Of a DNA stretch of 64,000 nucleotides, positions 19,580-28,345 are shown piece after piece; positions within the stretch are counted from its first letter, which is position 1; every line of letters begins with the position of its first letter. The DNA lies in IMG/VR virus record IMGVR_UViG_3300013426_000016, positions 1 through 64,000 of that record. One strand, written 5' to 3'. A program made the position numbers and the translations under genes. Source of the stretch: a virus. Its lineage: Duplodnaviria > Caudoviricetes. The notes beneath the pieces are model-generated. The model was not told the origin of the DNA, did no database searches, and saw only the letters and a list, made by a program, of their open reading frames with translations.

Positions 19580-19858
19580 ATGAGCGAAATGAAAATCAGT
19601 CCCGAGGAACTCCAGAAGATGCTCAAGGGAAGCCGGAAGAAGATTCTGAAGTTGCATCTGCACCCCGAGCAGATAAAGCAGTCCATAAGGGATTTGGCCG
19701 AATGGGCGGATGAGGAGTATCTGAAGTCCCTTTTCGAGGACATAGGCGTGCTTGTGGAATGGGCTTTGGCGCGTCTGCCGCTGATTCCGCCACAGAAAAA
19801 GGACACGCCCTTGACGGACGTGCCCCGAGACACACAAGAAACACAAGAGAATCAATAA
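19580..19858 (+). CDS. Hypothetical protein
   Basis: ORF MSEMKISPEEL..., co-oriented with RNase H. Confidence 0.4.
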   Translation: MSEMKISPEELQKMLKGSRKKILKLHLHPEQIKQSIRDLAEWADEEYLKSLFEDIGVLVEWALARLPLIPPQKKDTPLTDVPRDTQETQENQ

Positions 19859-19937
19859 TCCTGCACAAAGGTAACGAAATTCCGGAGAAAAGGGTATCTT
19901 TGTTGAACTTTTAGTTTCAGACATTACTTCTTTAGCG

Positions 19938-19967
19938 AAAAAGGGCTGCGGTGACGCACCCCTTTTT
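19938..19967. terminator. Bidirectional intrinsic terminator
   Basis: aaaaagggctgcg-gtga-cgcaccccttttt between convergent genes, abutting the TerL TGA stop. Confidence 0.75.
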
Positions 19968-21505
19968 CAGTTCCTGCGGCTCACTCCACGTCTCTGATGG
20001 CCGTACGGGCGTGTGTTGCCCCCGGCTATCTCTTTCTCCCATACCATGGTGAGTGCATCGGCTGCGTCATCATGCGAATTGGCCTTGAACATCCGCACGA
20101 AGTGGTCTACTTGATTGAAGAACTTCTCCCACCGCGTCTCCCATCCCATCGGGAATACGATGCTTTGCATCACGCCGTTAGCACCGGATATGATTCGCGC
20201 CTCCTTGTTGCCGTGGGAGAAGAACGTCTCCACTTGGCAGCGCACTTTCTTGGCCACCTCGCGCGCGAACAGCTCTCCACCGTTATTGGATTCGATGTAG
20301 GCTTTCTGCACCCCGTTTGTTGACAGCTGCATGGGGAGCGTGGAAGATGTTATCTCCGTACCCTCTTGCGTGAACAGGATGTCCGTGACCAGTGCGTAGA
20401 GTATCGGCTCATAACGGTGCGTCTTCTCGTTGAACACCATGTTCGGCGACTTGTATATGTCGTAGCAGATGGAGCATAGGTAGTCCGTGCCCTTGTCGGC
20501 CACGTCCACGCACGCGCCGCGCCTTATGAACGTCCCGTAGTCGCTCTCCTGGACATACGTCTTGAACGTCCCGTACAGCTTGCTCTCCTCACTCATCGGA
20601 TTGCCTTGGTACAGGCATTGGAACTGCACGGGGTCGAGGGCCTGCGCCTCAAGGAGTTGCGTCTTGGAATGCCTGCGCGGCCACAACACGTCCCCCTCGT
20701 GCCGGGGGTCGAACTCCGTTGGCTTCCCGACCTTGAACGCAGGGAAGTTGATGCGCACCCATGCGTTGCCCGGCACGTCCTCTATGTCCTGCCACGAGTT
20801 CGCCTCTATTATCTTCTCCCCGGACTTCTCTATACGCCCGATGATGTCATCCTCATGCCATCGCGTGAACACTATGATTTCCTGCGAATCGTTGTGGAGA
20901 CGGGTGCGCACGACTGTGGTATACCACTTCCACGCCTGCTCACGTATGAGCACGGAATTGGCCTCATTGAAGTCCTTGTACACGTCATCGAGTATGGATA
21001 TGTCCACGGCCTTGCCCGTGAGCGCTCCGCTGCGTCCTATGCCCCGGATGAATCCGTTATGCCCCACGGGTTCGCTCACCTCGGAGTTGCACTGGTACAC
21101 GTTGTCCATCCTCACCTTGCCCGAGTTGAAGTAGGTGTCGGGGAACACGGCCTTGTATGCGAGGGAGTTCACTATCCTCTGCACGTCCCTGTTGAAGCTC
21201 TTCGCTTGGTCTGCGTTGTACGAGCCGATGATTATCTTGTCGTCGGGGTTCATCCCGAGCAGGAATGCCGGGAGAAGCCTTGAACTCGCTTCGGACTTGC
21301 CTATCTGCGGTTGGCAGGATATGATGAGTTTCTTTATCTTCTTGTGTGCGAAGCGGTCGAGAATCTCGTAATACACCTTGTGGAACTCCGTCATCTCCAG
21401 CTGCGGCTTCATGTAGCGCGCGAATGTCGGAAACCGCTGCGAGGCCACATACCGGACGAGGGCTTCCGGATTGGCCTTTATCTGATTCATCACTTCTTCT
21501 GTCAT
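19967..21505 (-). CDS. terL: Terminase large subunit
   Basis: Walker A QPQIGKS, Walker B ILDDVYKD, TRWHEDD, LYQGNP, nuclease DVADKGTD and HDDAADAL. Confidence 0.93.
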   Translation of the reverse strand: MTEEVMNQIKANPEALVRYVASQRFPTFARYMKPQLEMTEFHKVYYEILDRFAHKKIKKLIISCQPQIGKSEASSRLLPAFLLGMNPDDKIIIGSYNADQAKSFNRDVQRIVNSLAYKAVFPDTYFNSGKVRMDNVYQCNSEVSEPVGHNGFIRGIGRSGALTGKAVDISILDDVYKDFNEANSVLIREQAWKWYTTVVRTRLHNDSQEIIVFTRWHEDDIIGRIEKSGEKIIEANSWQDIEDVPGNAWVRINFPAFKVGKPTEFDPRHEGDVLWPRRHSKTQLLEAQALDPVQFQCLYQGNPMSEESKLYGTFKTYVQESDYGTFIRRGACVDVADKGTDYLCSICYDIYKSPNMVFNEKTHRYEPILYALVTDILFTQEGTEITSSTLPMQLSTNGVQKAYIESNNGGELFAREVAKKVRCQVETFFSHGNKEARIISGANGVMQSIVFPMGWETRWEKFFNQVDHFVRMFKANSHDDAADALTMVWEKEIAGGNTRPYGHQRRGVSRRN

Positions 21506-22122
21506 TGTGCTTCAATCTCTATGCGTTTGTTGTCTTGTAGCGTGTCTGCCACTCTCGCCAAGTCATCGAGGCTCGTATCCCCGAAGTTGTAGTTCACGAT
21601 GGTCTGTTGTGGCACGTCATTGCCGTTGCGGATGCCGAGCAGGTCGAGACGCTGCCGTTGCAGGTGCAGGAGCGTTTCCAGATATGCCGGATTGCCGGCG
21701 AGGCCGCCCCTTTCCTCGTACATCTGGTCTATCTCCTCGGGGGTCATGCCGCGCTTGATGAGGGCGGCATACTCTATCGGGCGCGGCAGCTTGCTCTTCT
21801 CGAAGTTGCGCATCACGATAGCCTCTATCTCTTCCAGACGTGCCAACTCCTTTGCTATGAACGCGTCTATGTTGGCCATATTCTCGCGCTTCCACTCCAC
21901 GAGCACGTCCTCTATGTCGTGCCACACTTGCACGTGGGAGAGCGAATATCCGTTCTTCGCGTTCAGTTCTTCGGCGATTTCCCGGTACGTCTTGCCCCTC
22001 GCCAGTTCGGAGACCGCGAACCACGCGTCTTTCTCCCTGTCCAGCATGTTCCTCTTCCGGAAGTTGCCTTTCGCCACCACAAGCTTGCTGCGGCAGGCCT
22101 TTTTCGGTACACTGTATCCCAT
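21502..22122 (-). CDS. terS: Terminase small subunit
   Basis: HTH (GKTYREIAEELN...SHVQVWHDI), upstream of and coupled to TerL by ATGA overlap. Confidence 0.7.
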   Translation of the reverse strand: MGYSVPKKACRSKLVVAKGNFRKRNMLDREKDAWFAVSELARGKTYREIAEELNAKNGYSLSHVQVWHDIEDVLVEWKRENMANIDAFIAKELARLEEIEAIVMRNFEKSKLPRPIEYAALIKRGMTPEEIDQMYEERGGLAGNPAYLETLLHLQRQRLDLLGIRNGNDVPQQTIVNYNFGDTSLDDLARVADTLQDNKRIEIEAQ

Positions 22123-22240
22123 ATATCTGTCTTTTTGCGCAAAGATAACAAGAAACGGTTAACAAAAACATAAAATAAATTTGCAAATGTGGAAAAATAT
22201 GCTTTACTTTGCACTCGGAAACACAAAAATGATTCATGTA

Positions 22241-22492
22241 ATGCTATTTCAAGTAGAAAACACAGACCACGGCTATGTTGTCAGCGCATACGACCCCGTA
22301 CGGCGTGACGGTTGGAAGCCGTTGCGTAACTTCGGGGACAGGCAGGGCGATGCTCGGGGATTCATGCTTTATGATGCTCCCTTTCTTCCATACGATAAGA
22401 CGATGCTCTTGGCGAAAAATTACAATCCGAAAGTCAAATATATCAGAATCTGCCGGGACAGATACAATAGGCAACAGATAACGGAGCCGTGA
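22241..22492 (+). CDS. Hypothetical early protein
   Basis: First gene after the divergent promoter region 22130-22215. Confidence 0.5.
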   Translation: MLFQVENTDHGYVVSAYDPVRRDGWKPLRNFGDRQGDARGFMLYDAPFLPYDKTMLLAKNYNPKVKYIRICRDRYNRQQITEP

Positions 22493-22501
22493 CGGTTCCC
22501 C

Positions 22502-22628
22502 GGGCAGGAATGGCCGCAGGGTGCGGCAAAGGATTAATTGCTTCTTTTCATAGCAATCCATTGGGCCGTAGGAGACCGCGATGGAGATTGGTTATAGTGT
22601 CATAGGAGTTCGACTCTCCGCCTGCCCA
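22502..22628 (+). ncRNA. tRNA-like structure 1 (acceptor + T-arm, non-canonical interior)
   Basis: GGGCAGG/CCTGCCC-A stem; GGAG-TTCGACT-CTCC arm. Confidence 0.45.
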
Positions 22629-22672
22629 CGATAGCGTCCACGAGGGCGACACTCAAGAATTTTGGCAAACAA

Positions 22673-22764
22673 GCGGCCCGTCCGGATGACGGGGACACGG
22701 CGTCAATCTGTATGCAAGCGGATGCCGGACAATCCTCCGGGGGTTCGATTCCCCCGTGGCCGCC
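22673..22764 (+). ncRNA. tRNA-like structure 2
   Basis: GCGGCC/GGCCGC stem; CGGGGG-TTCGATT-CCCCCG arm; no canonical 7-nt anticodon loop. Confidence 0.45.
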
Positions 22765-22829
22765 CACCGCTGTGAAGCGCAATCGACATTGTAAGTATGT
22801 TATTAGTTGGCAGCCCGGAAAGACGGGCA

Positions 22830-22874
22830 GGGCGTGCAGGTGCACTGAGGCAGGTTCGATTCCTGCCACGCCCA
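22830..22874 (+). ncRNA. tRNA-like minihelix 3
   Basis: GGGCGT/ACGCCC-A stem; GGCAGG-TTCGATT-CCTGCC arm; preceded by GCCCG-GAAAGA-CGGGC hairpin. Confidence 0.45.
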
Positions 22875-23199
22875 CTGCGGCCTGCCACGCAGCCGGGGAT
22901 ACATGAAAGCCCGGCAGGGGGCAAAGCACACTATCATTCGTTGAGAAACGCCGGAGTGCTGCGTTGTTATATGTCTTCGGGATGAGGCAGGGTGATACCG
23001 CCTCATCTCACCAACCTCCGGAAACGGAGAGGGCCGTAGGAAGCCAAGCAAGCTTGCGCCGTGAGGTGCGTGTTGACCCGAACGCCGGATTTGCGGCAGT
23101 CAGTCATAAGGATTGCATCAATTTGCATTATGTGGGTTATTTGAGTAAAGGAGGGTTGAAGTCCCCCGCGGGTCACTGACATACAAACATTTTTGTTAC

Positions 23200-23559
23200 A
23201 TGGAAGAGAGAATCAACGATTTGCATCTCTGCGAGAAGCTCGCAGGATGCCCGGAGGGGACGAAGCACTATTACATCTCGCCCAACGGCGCACGGAGCGG
23301 ACTGAGGGCGATGGAGCGGAAACTCGCCAGGATAGCGGACGATCTTGACGGCTGGGTGGTTTCGGAAGAAAGACTGAACAGTCTTGTGGAATGCATGAAG
23401 CAGGACCAGGAATTCATGCTGAAAAAGAACCCGAGGCTTTCGCCGGTGGACATCCGGTTCTCGCAGGCGTCCACTGAGTACCCCGCATTCTTGCACATAG
23501 GACAGCACTGCATAGTTTGCCATCCCGTAAAGGGGTGGGACAAGGAGGACGGGGTATGA
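23200..23559 (+). CDS. Hypothetical protein
   Basis: 119 aa; TGA stop overlaps the next ATG. Confidence 0.6.
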   Translation: MEERINDLHLCEKLAGCPEGTKHYYISPNGARSGLRAMERKLARIADDLDGWVVSEERLNSLVECMKQDQEFMLKKNPRLSPVDIRFSQASTEYPAFLHIGQHCIVCHPVKGWDKEDGV

Positions 23560-23668
23560 TCTGTTTTGCGGTGATAATGCTCCTTGTGGCGGTGGCCACG
23601 GTGTCCGCCCTGTTACGCTACAGCGCACGGGTGGATGCGGATGAAAGTGATGACAAAAAGAACAAATT

Positions 23669-24061
23669 ATGAAACAATTCAGTTTAGAAGAATACCTAAA
23701 GAACCCCTCAAGGCAGGTAGTGACGAGAAATGGCCGTCCGGTGCGAATCCTTTGTACCGATAGGATTGATAAGGAAAATGGATACGTTATTGTTGGATTA
23801 GTACCCAATAGCGACACTGTCCCGTCTCAAGGTGTTTCCATATGGAAAGCGACCGGGGAATCAGTTATAACAAAGGCAAATGACCTTTTCTTCGCTCCCG
23901 TGAAGCAAGAAGGCTATGTCAATGTCTTCGACTTCGCCTCCTCGGGAGCGAGGACGGACGAATGCGTCTACGACACTTTTGAGGAAGCGGTCAGATTCGC
24001 GAAAAAGAATCCGGATTCGAAGTACTACAAGGCCACGGTGAGAATCGAATGGGAGGAATAA
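23669..24061 (+). CDS. Bacteroidales phage small protein, 'FSLEEYLKNP..VVTRNGRPVRI.CTD' family, copy 1
   Basis: Paralogous to 27680, 29607, 30640. Confidence 0.75.
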   Translation: MKQFSLEEYLKNPSRQVVTRNGRPVRILCTDRIDKENGYVIVGLVPNSDTVPSQGVSIWKATGESVITKANDLFFAPVKQEGYVNVFDFASSGARTDECVYDTFEEAVRFAKKNPDSKYYKATVRIEWEE

Positions 24062-24063
24062 TC

Positions 24064-24609
24064 ATGGAATACAAGGAATTTGCAAAAAGATTGTCGGACA
24101 AGATTGCGGAGCTGATCGTGTCCGAACTGGAAAAGGAAAATGTGAAAACGGACACCCGTCCGATCACGGAACGTGTGAAGACATTTGAAGACGCATGTGA
24201 TGTTCTTGGACCGAAACATCCACTTGTCATGTCATGGGTCAGGTTCGGATGCGATTCCGGACCGAAAGATGACAATCTGAATGCATATCTCAAGCTCCGT
24301 ATCATCTGCGCCGCCTTAAATGAGGGTTGGGAACCGAACTACACAAGGGACGAACTGAAATACTCTCCGTGGTTTCTGTTGTTTACAGACGAGGAGGTCG
24401 CGAATATGGATAATGACGAAGTGGTAGACAGGCGGCTGTTGGTCATCGCAGACCGCTATAAAACGGAATATGTGGGCTTCGGCTTTTCGCCCCGACGTAC
24501 TCCTACGACTGCCGGGTGTAGCCTATGCTTGAAAAGTGCTGAACTGTCTGCCTACTGTGGCAGGAATTTCATCGGCATCTGGGCCGACTACCTCTTAATC
24601 AGAAAATGA
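24064..24609 (+). CDS. Conserved Bacteroidales phage protein (KTFEDAC...ALNEGW.P family)
   Basis: Recognisable motif; ATG at 24064; last apparent TGA stop in the window. Confidence 0.7.
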   Translation: MEYKEFAKRLSDKIAELIVSELEKENVKTDTRPITERVKTFEDACDVLGPKHPLVMSWVRFGCDSGPKDDNLNAYLKLRIICAALNEGWEPNYTRDELKYSPWFLLFTDEEVANMDNDEVVDRRLLVIADRYKTEYVGFGFSPRRTPTTAGCSLCLKSAELSAYCGRNFIGIWADYLLIRK

Positions 24610-24613
24610 AATC

Positions 24614-24787
24614 ATGGAATACAGGAAAGTATGTGAAATCACCCCGTGGGGCTGCCCTCCGGGCGGCCCGGGGAGCTGCCTCGGATGCGAGTATTTCCAC
24701 GGGATAGAGGTTGACCCAGAAGACTGCGAATACATGGAAGTGCTCTGCGGCTTGGAAGAGAATCAAGATGAAACGGAGGAAGAATAA
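24614..24787 (+). CDS. Small Cys-rich acidic protein
   Basis: MEYRKVCEITPWGCPPGGPGSCLGCEYF... 57 aa, fills the gap between neighbours. Confidence 0.45.
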   Translation: MEYRKVCEITPWGCPPGGPGSCLGCEYFHGIEVDPEDCEYMEVLCGLEENQDETEEE

Positions 24788-24802
24788 ATCTGTAAAAGAG
24801 TT

Positions 24803-25012
24803 ATGACACAGCTTGAGCAAAACTTTTTCGAGGCGGCCACGAAATATTGCCGCAAACGAATTGACTGGGAACAACGCAGATATGAAATTGCAAAGGACAC
24901 AATGTGTGCATTGATTATAAGTGACAGCATTCCAAAAACGACTCCAGTTTTAAAAGTAGAGGAATTAGCGGTTGCTTATGCAGATGGGCTTATTAAAGAA
25001 TTGAAGAAATAA
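24803..25012 (+). CDS. Hypothetical protein (IDWEQRRYEIAKD family)
   Basis: Widely shared Bacteroides phage motif; GC content drops across this gene. Confidence 0.7.
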   Translation: MTQLEQNFFEAATKYCRKRIDWEQRRYEIAKDTMCALIISDSIPKTTPVLKVEELAVAYADGLIKELKK

Positions 25013-25015
25013 GTT

Positions 25016-25414
25016 ATGAAAGCAAATGAGTTAATGTTGAACGATTGGGTGGAATTTGAGGCCTCAACAACGGAATTTCTTTACGGTAAGGTTATAGAAA
25101 TTTCTGAACGTTATGTTACAGTAGATACAATAAACGACAGTATCTGCATAGAAATAGACAAGGTGGGTCAAATACCTGTTACTCCAAAGATTCTTAAAAA
25201 GAACGGATTTGAAAGGTACTTTGAAGGATATTATGAGAACCCCAAAGAGCTGCATATTTCATATAATGACAATCTGGGATGTTGGTATATTAGTGACAGC
25301 CACGACCAGTATATGCATAGTGATTACATAACTTCATTTTCCGCAGTTCATGAATTGCAGAATATTTTAAGAACTCTTGGATTTAATGATTTAGCAGACA
25401 ATTTTAAGATATAG
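25016..25414 (+). CDS. Hypothetical protein (MKANELM..DWV family)
   Basis: Paralogous to 31552-31872. Confidence 0.65.
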   Translation: MKANELMLNDWVEFEASTTEFLYGKVIEISERYVTVDTINDSICIEIDKVGQIPVTPKILKKNGFERYFEGYYENPKELHISYNDNLGCWYISDSHDQYMHSDYITSFSAVHELQNILRTLGFNDLADNFKI

Positions 25415-25436
25415 AAACAATCGAAGAAATAGCATT

Positions 25437-25736
25437 ATGAACTTTGAAATACCACAATTCTTCTCAGTCGGAGGGCTTGACTACAAAATCCTTCACGAAG
25501 AATCTATGAGATATGGTGAAGAATACGGGCATTGGAATGGCACAACCTGTACCATACACATAGCTGAAACCGCAGGTGGAGAAAAGCTGACAGAGGAAAG
25601 AAAACAACAGACATTCTTTCACGAACTCATACACGCTGTTCTTGATGCTATCGGCGAGGATGATCTGAATGACAATGAGCGATTTGTGGATGCCCTTTCA
25701 AGTGCTCTTTATCAAACAATAAAAACAATGAAATAG
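25437..25736 (+). CDS. Small HExxH metallopeptidase-like protein
   Basis: TFFHELIHAVL...NERFVD motif. Confidence 0.7.
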   Translation: MNFEIPQFFSVGGLDYKILHEESMRYGEEYGHWNGTTCTIHIAETAGGEKLTEERKQQTFFHELIHAVLDAIGEDDLNDNERFVDALSSALYQTIKTMK

Positions 25737-25738
25737 TT

Positions 25739-26311
25739 ATGAAAACAAAAAAACAAATACTCGAATGGCTTGACAAACAGTCATGGAAGAATGAGTTTTA
25801 TGAAGAGTTTTTCAAGAATGACAGTAAGGCAATCTGTTATAATGAAAATTTTATCAGATATGCCTTTAATTGGTTTTCAACCGATAAATATAATTTGTGG
25901 AAGTTACGCAATGCTTATTATAGAGATTGGTACAACTCTAACGACAAACCAATGTCTTGGGAAGATTACTGCGAACAGAATCCTATAAAAGAAAATGAAT
26001 ATTTTATTAATGGGAACTGTGAGTTTAAAGAAGTGTTGACTCGTAAAAGAGAACCTCAGAAAGATGCAAATGTTCTGTCAAAAGAACTTTGTGAAGCATT
26101 CATGGCATATATGAAACTCGTTCAGTTAAGAAATGCTTGGGTAAAAGATGCTGCTTGTGTTTGTAAAATTTTATCAGGTACTAATAAAGAGCTTACTATA
26201 TCTACAGATTATAAAAATTCAAGTGGACTATCTTTTCCTACATATGATATGGCAGAAGAATTTATCACTACTTTCGAAGATTTGTTAGAAACTGCTAAAC
26301 CATTACTGTAA
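25739..26311 (+). CDS. Hypothetical protein
   Basis: 190 aa; C-terminal LSFPT...AEEF...FEDLLETAKPLL motif common in Bacteroidales phages. Confidence 0.65.
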   Translation: MKTKKQILEWLDKQSWKNEFYEEFFKNDSKAICYNENFIRYAFNWFSTDKYNLWKLRNAYYRDWYNSNDKPMSWEDYCEQNPIKENEYFINGNCEFKEVLTRKREPQKDANVLSKELCEAFMAYMKLVQLRNAWVKDAACVCKILSGTNKELTISTDYKNSSGLSFPTYDMAEEFITTFEDLLETAKPLL

Positions 26312-26602
26312 TACGACACTTAAAGAAAAAGCAAAAGAATATGTATCTACTACATGTAATATAAATTACACAATAGTAGATACATAAACTGATTTTATAG
26401 CTGGAGCCAAGTAGATGTTTGACAAAACATTACACGTACTCAAAAATCAAGGGATTAAAAAATAATAAAAAATATTATTACGTTTCAATTGATGATTTTA
26501 AAAAAACAATAATAGAGTAAGGTTAATATATAATAAATCCATTTTCATTTAATTACTACTCTTTTTTTATTATAATACAATATAATTTACTTTCTTTTTT
26601 TG

Positions 26603-26610
26603 TATCTTTG
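26603..26610 (+). promoter_or_regulatory. Bacteroidota -7 promoter box TATCTTTG
   Basis: Consensus match in an AT-rich intergenic region, 7 bp before the left inverted repeat. Confidence 0.6.
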
Positions 26611-26617
26611 TTATAAA

Positions 26618-26639
26618 AATATTTGTTTAAGTACTTTAA
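26618..26639 (+). repeat. Left 22-bp inverted repeat AATATTTGTTTAAGTACTTTAA
   Basis: Exact reverse complement at 27639-27660. Confidence 0.95.
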
Positions 26640-26654
26640 TAAAATAAGTTTATA

Positions 26655-27035
26655 ATGACAGTATCAAAAATTACTCAAACAGATAAAGGAACATACGGAT
26701 TTCAAGTTAATGTAACTGGAGATTATGTCGATGTTCATCTTTGTCGAACTGTAGATGCTGATATATTTGTTAGCATGAGTATAGGAGATCTTTCTCCTGC
26801 ACAGAAATTTATTGATGATCCATGTCTTTATAATGCAGTCACTCTTTTTCGAATTACAGGAACAAAAGGAAAAACTGTATTTATAGAAAGTGCAAGTCCA
26901 ATTATTTCTTGTAGTATCATAACAGAGGATGGTTCTATAACAGATGTTGAAATTGATGATTATATTCGTGTGTTAGGAGAAGACAATATAGAGTTACTCA
27001 CAGAAGATGAGTGTCCTATATGTCTTGAAAATTAG
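26655..27035 (+). CDS. Hypothetical protein inside the IR-flanked cassette
   Basis: 126 aa beta-rich; C-terminal LLTEDE..I.LE motif seen in phage fibre-associated proteins. Confidence 0.65.
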   Translation: MTVSKITQTDKGTYGFQVNVTGDYVDVHLCRTVDADIFVSMSIGDLSPAQKFIDDPCLYNAVTLFRITGTKGKTVFIESASPIISCSIITEDGSITDVEIDDYIRVLGEDNIELLTEDECPICLEN

Positions 27036-27059
27036 TTAGTTTAAATTATTATAATAAAA

Positions 27060-27626
27060 ATGGAAGGAAAAAAAATAAGTGAATTAGTCGAAAAAACCAC
27101 TTTAGCGGGTACAGAATATGTGCTTGTAGTTGATGGTAATACCAATAAAAAGATAAAATCTTCCTTATTCAAAGGTTTAAAAGGAGATACAGGTTCAGTA
27201 GGTCCACAAGGTCTTAAAGGAGATAAAGGTGATAAAGGAGATAAAGGAGATACTGGGGCACAAGGAGAAAAAGGTGCTACGGGAGCAACAGGAGCTGCTT
27301 TTACATATAGTATGTTTACAGCAGAACAACTTGCGGGCCTCAAAGGACCTAAAGGTGATAAAGGGGATACTGGAGCAACAGGTCCTCAAGGAGAAAAGGG
27401 AGCTACTGGTGCAACAGGATCTCAAGGACCTAAAGGAGATGCTGGTGAAAAGGGAGCTACGGGAGCTACTGGACCAAAGGGAGAAAAAGGTGACACTGGG
27501 ACTGCTGGAAAAGGAGTTAAATCCATTTCTTTAACAAAAGATGCTACTGGTGCTGTTACTGGAGGAACAGTAACTTTTACAGATAATACAACTAGTGCTA
27601 TTACAGTTACTACTGTAACGGCTTAG
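27060..27626 (+). CDS. Collagen-like (Gly-X-Y) fibre protein
   Basis: KKISEL N-terminus, two Gly-X-Y tracts separated by FTYSMFTAEQLAGL, C-terminal KGVKSISL...VTFTD. Confidence 0.9.
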   Translation: MEGKKISELVEKTTLAGTEYVLVVDGNTNKKIKSSLFKGLKGDTGSVGPQGLKGDKGDKGDKGDTGAQGEKGATGATGAAFTYSMFTAEQLAGLKGPKGDKGDTGATGPQGEKGATGATGSQGPKGDAGEKGATGATGPKGEKGDTGTAGKGVKSISLTKDATGAVTGGTVTFTDNTTSAITVTTVTA

Positions 27627-27638
27627 TTTTTAAATACT

Positions 27639-27660
27639 TTAAAGTACTTAAACAAATATT
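27639..27660 (-). repeat. Right 22-bp inverted repeat TTAAAGTACTTAAACAAATATT
   Basis: Exact reverse complement of 26618-26639. Confidence 0.95.
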
Positions 27661-27679
27661 ATTTTATACAAATAAAACC

Positions 27680-28072
27680 ATGAAACAATTTAGTTTAGAA
27701 GAATACCTCAAAAATCCATCGAGAAGGGTAGTGACCGCAGACGGGGATGAAGTCCGGATCATCTGCACCGACAGGAAATCCGATGGAGGTTTCTGTATTG
27801 TAGGTCTGCTGTCTTTCAACACCTATGGAGAACAGCCGGTCAGGTGCTGGAAAGAGGACGGCAAATTCAGCAACAGCAACACGGACGACTGCAATCTCTG
27901 GTTCGACACCACAAAGTACACAGGATGGGTGAATGTATATGATGATGGACATGGACAGACGACATCTGATGAAGTAATCTTCTGTTCCAAAGAGCATGCG
28001 GAGGAATATGCGAGAAGTCATGACAAGTCCAAACACTACAGGACCACGGTGAAAATAGAATGGGAGGAATAG
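27680..28072 (+). CDS. 'FSLEEYLKNP' family, copy 2 (GC-richer than its flanks)
   Basis: Identical first 15 aa to copy 1 and a shared TV.IEWEE end. Confidence 0.75.
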   Translation: MKQFSLEEYLKNPSRRVVTADGDEVRIICTDRKSDGGFCIVGLLSFNTYGEQPVRCWKEDGKFSNSNTDDCNLWFDTTKYTGWVNVYDDGHGQTTSDEVIFCSKEHAEEYARSHDKSKHYRTTVKIEWEE

Positions 28073-28073
28073 C

Positions 28074-28298
28074 ATGGTATCTAAAAAAGAACGAGAAGAG
28101 GTTTGGCAAAAGCTTAAACCTTATATGGATAATAAGGATACTATAGAAGATTTACTTCCCATTTGTTATAGGTGTGAAGGTTGGAGTATAGATAACAACT
28201 CAAAAGAATGGTGTGAAGATAGAAAAACATGCCCTGTATTTCAACTATGGTTATCAAATAAGTATTTAGAATGGTACAAAAATAGTCTAGAATTTTAA
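28074..28298 (+). CDS. Hypothetical Cys-containing protein
   Basis: ORF in a tightly packed plus-strand array. Confidence 0.55.
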   Translation: MVSKKEREEVWQKLKPYMDNKDTIEDLLPICYRCEGWSIDNNSKEWCEDRKTCPVFQLWLSNKYLEWYKNSLEF

Positions 28299-28345
28299 GA
28301 GAAAGAAATTTACTTATTATTTATCAAATAAATTTATTTTTTATC

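Noticed and set aside
22502-22874. Canonical tRNA genes
   Set aside because: No proper D-arm/anticodon-arm geometry, so no amino acid assigned; kept only as tRNA-like elements
26313-26520. Possible TAG readthrough in a remnant ORF (FIAGAK*MF, TAG at 26412)
   Set aside because: No start codon, and TAG is a normal stop in neighbouring genes; more likely a decayed gene fragment
27170-27520. Periodic repeats resembling an array
   Set aside because: Gly-X-Y collagen codons, not CRISPR; I saw no repeat-spacer array anywhere in the window
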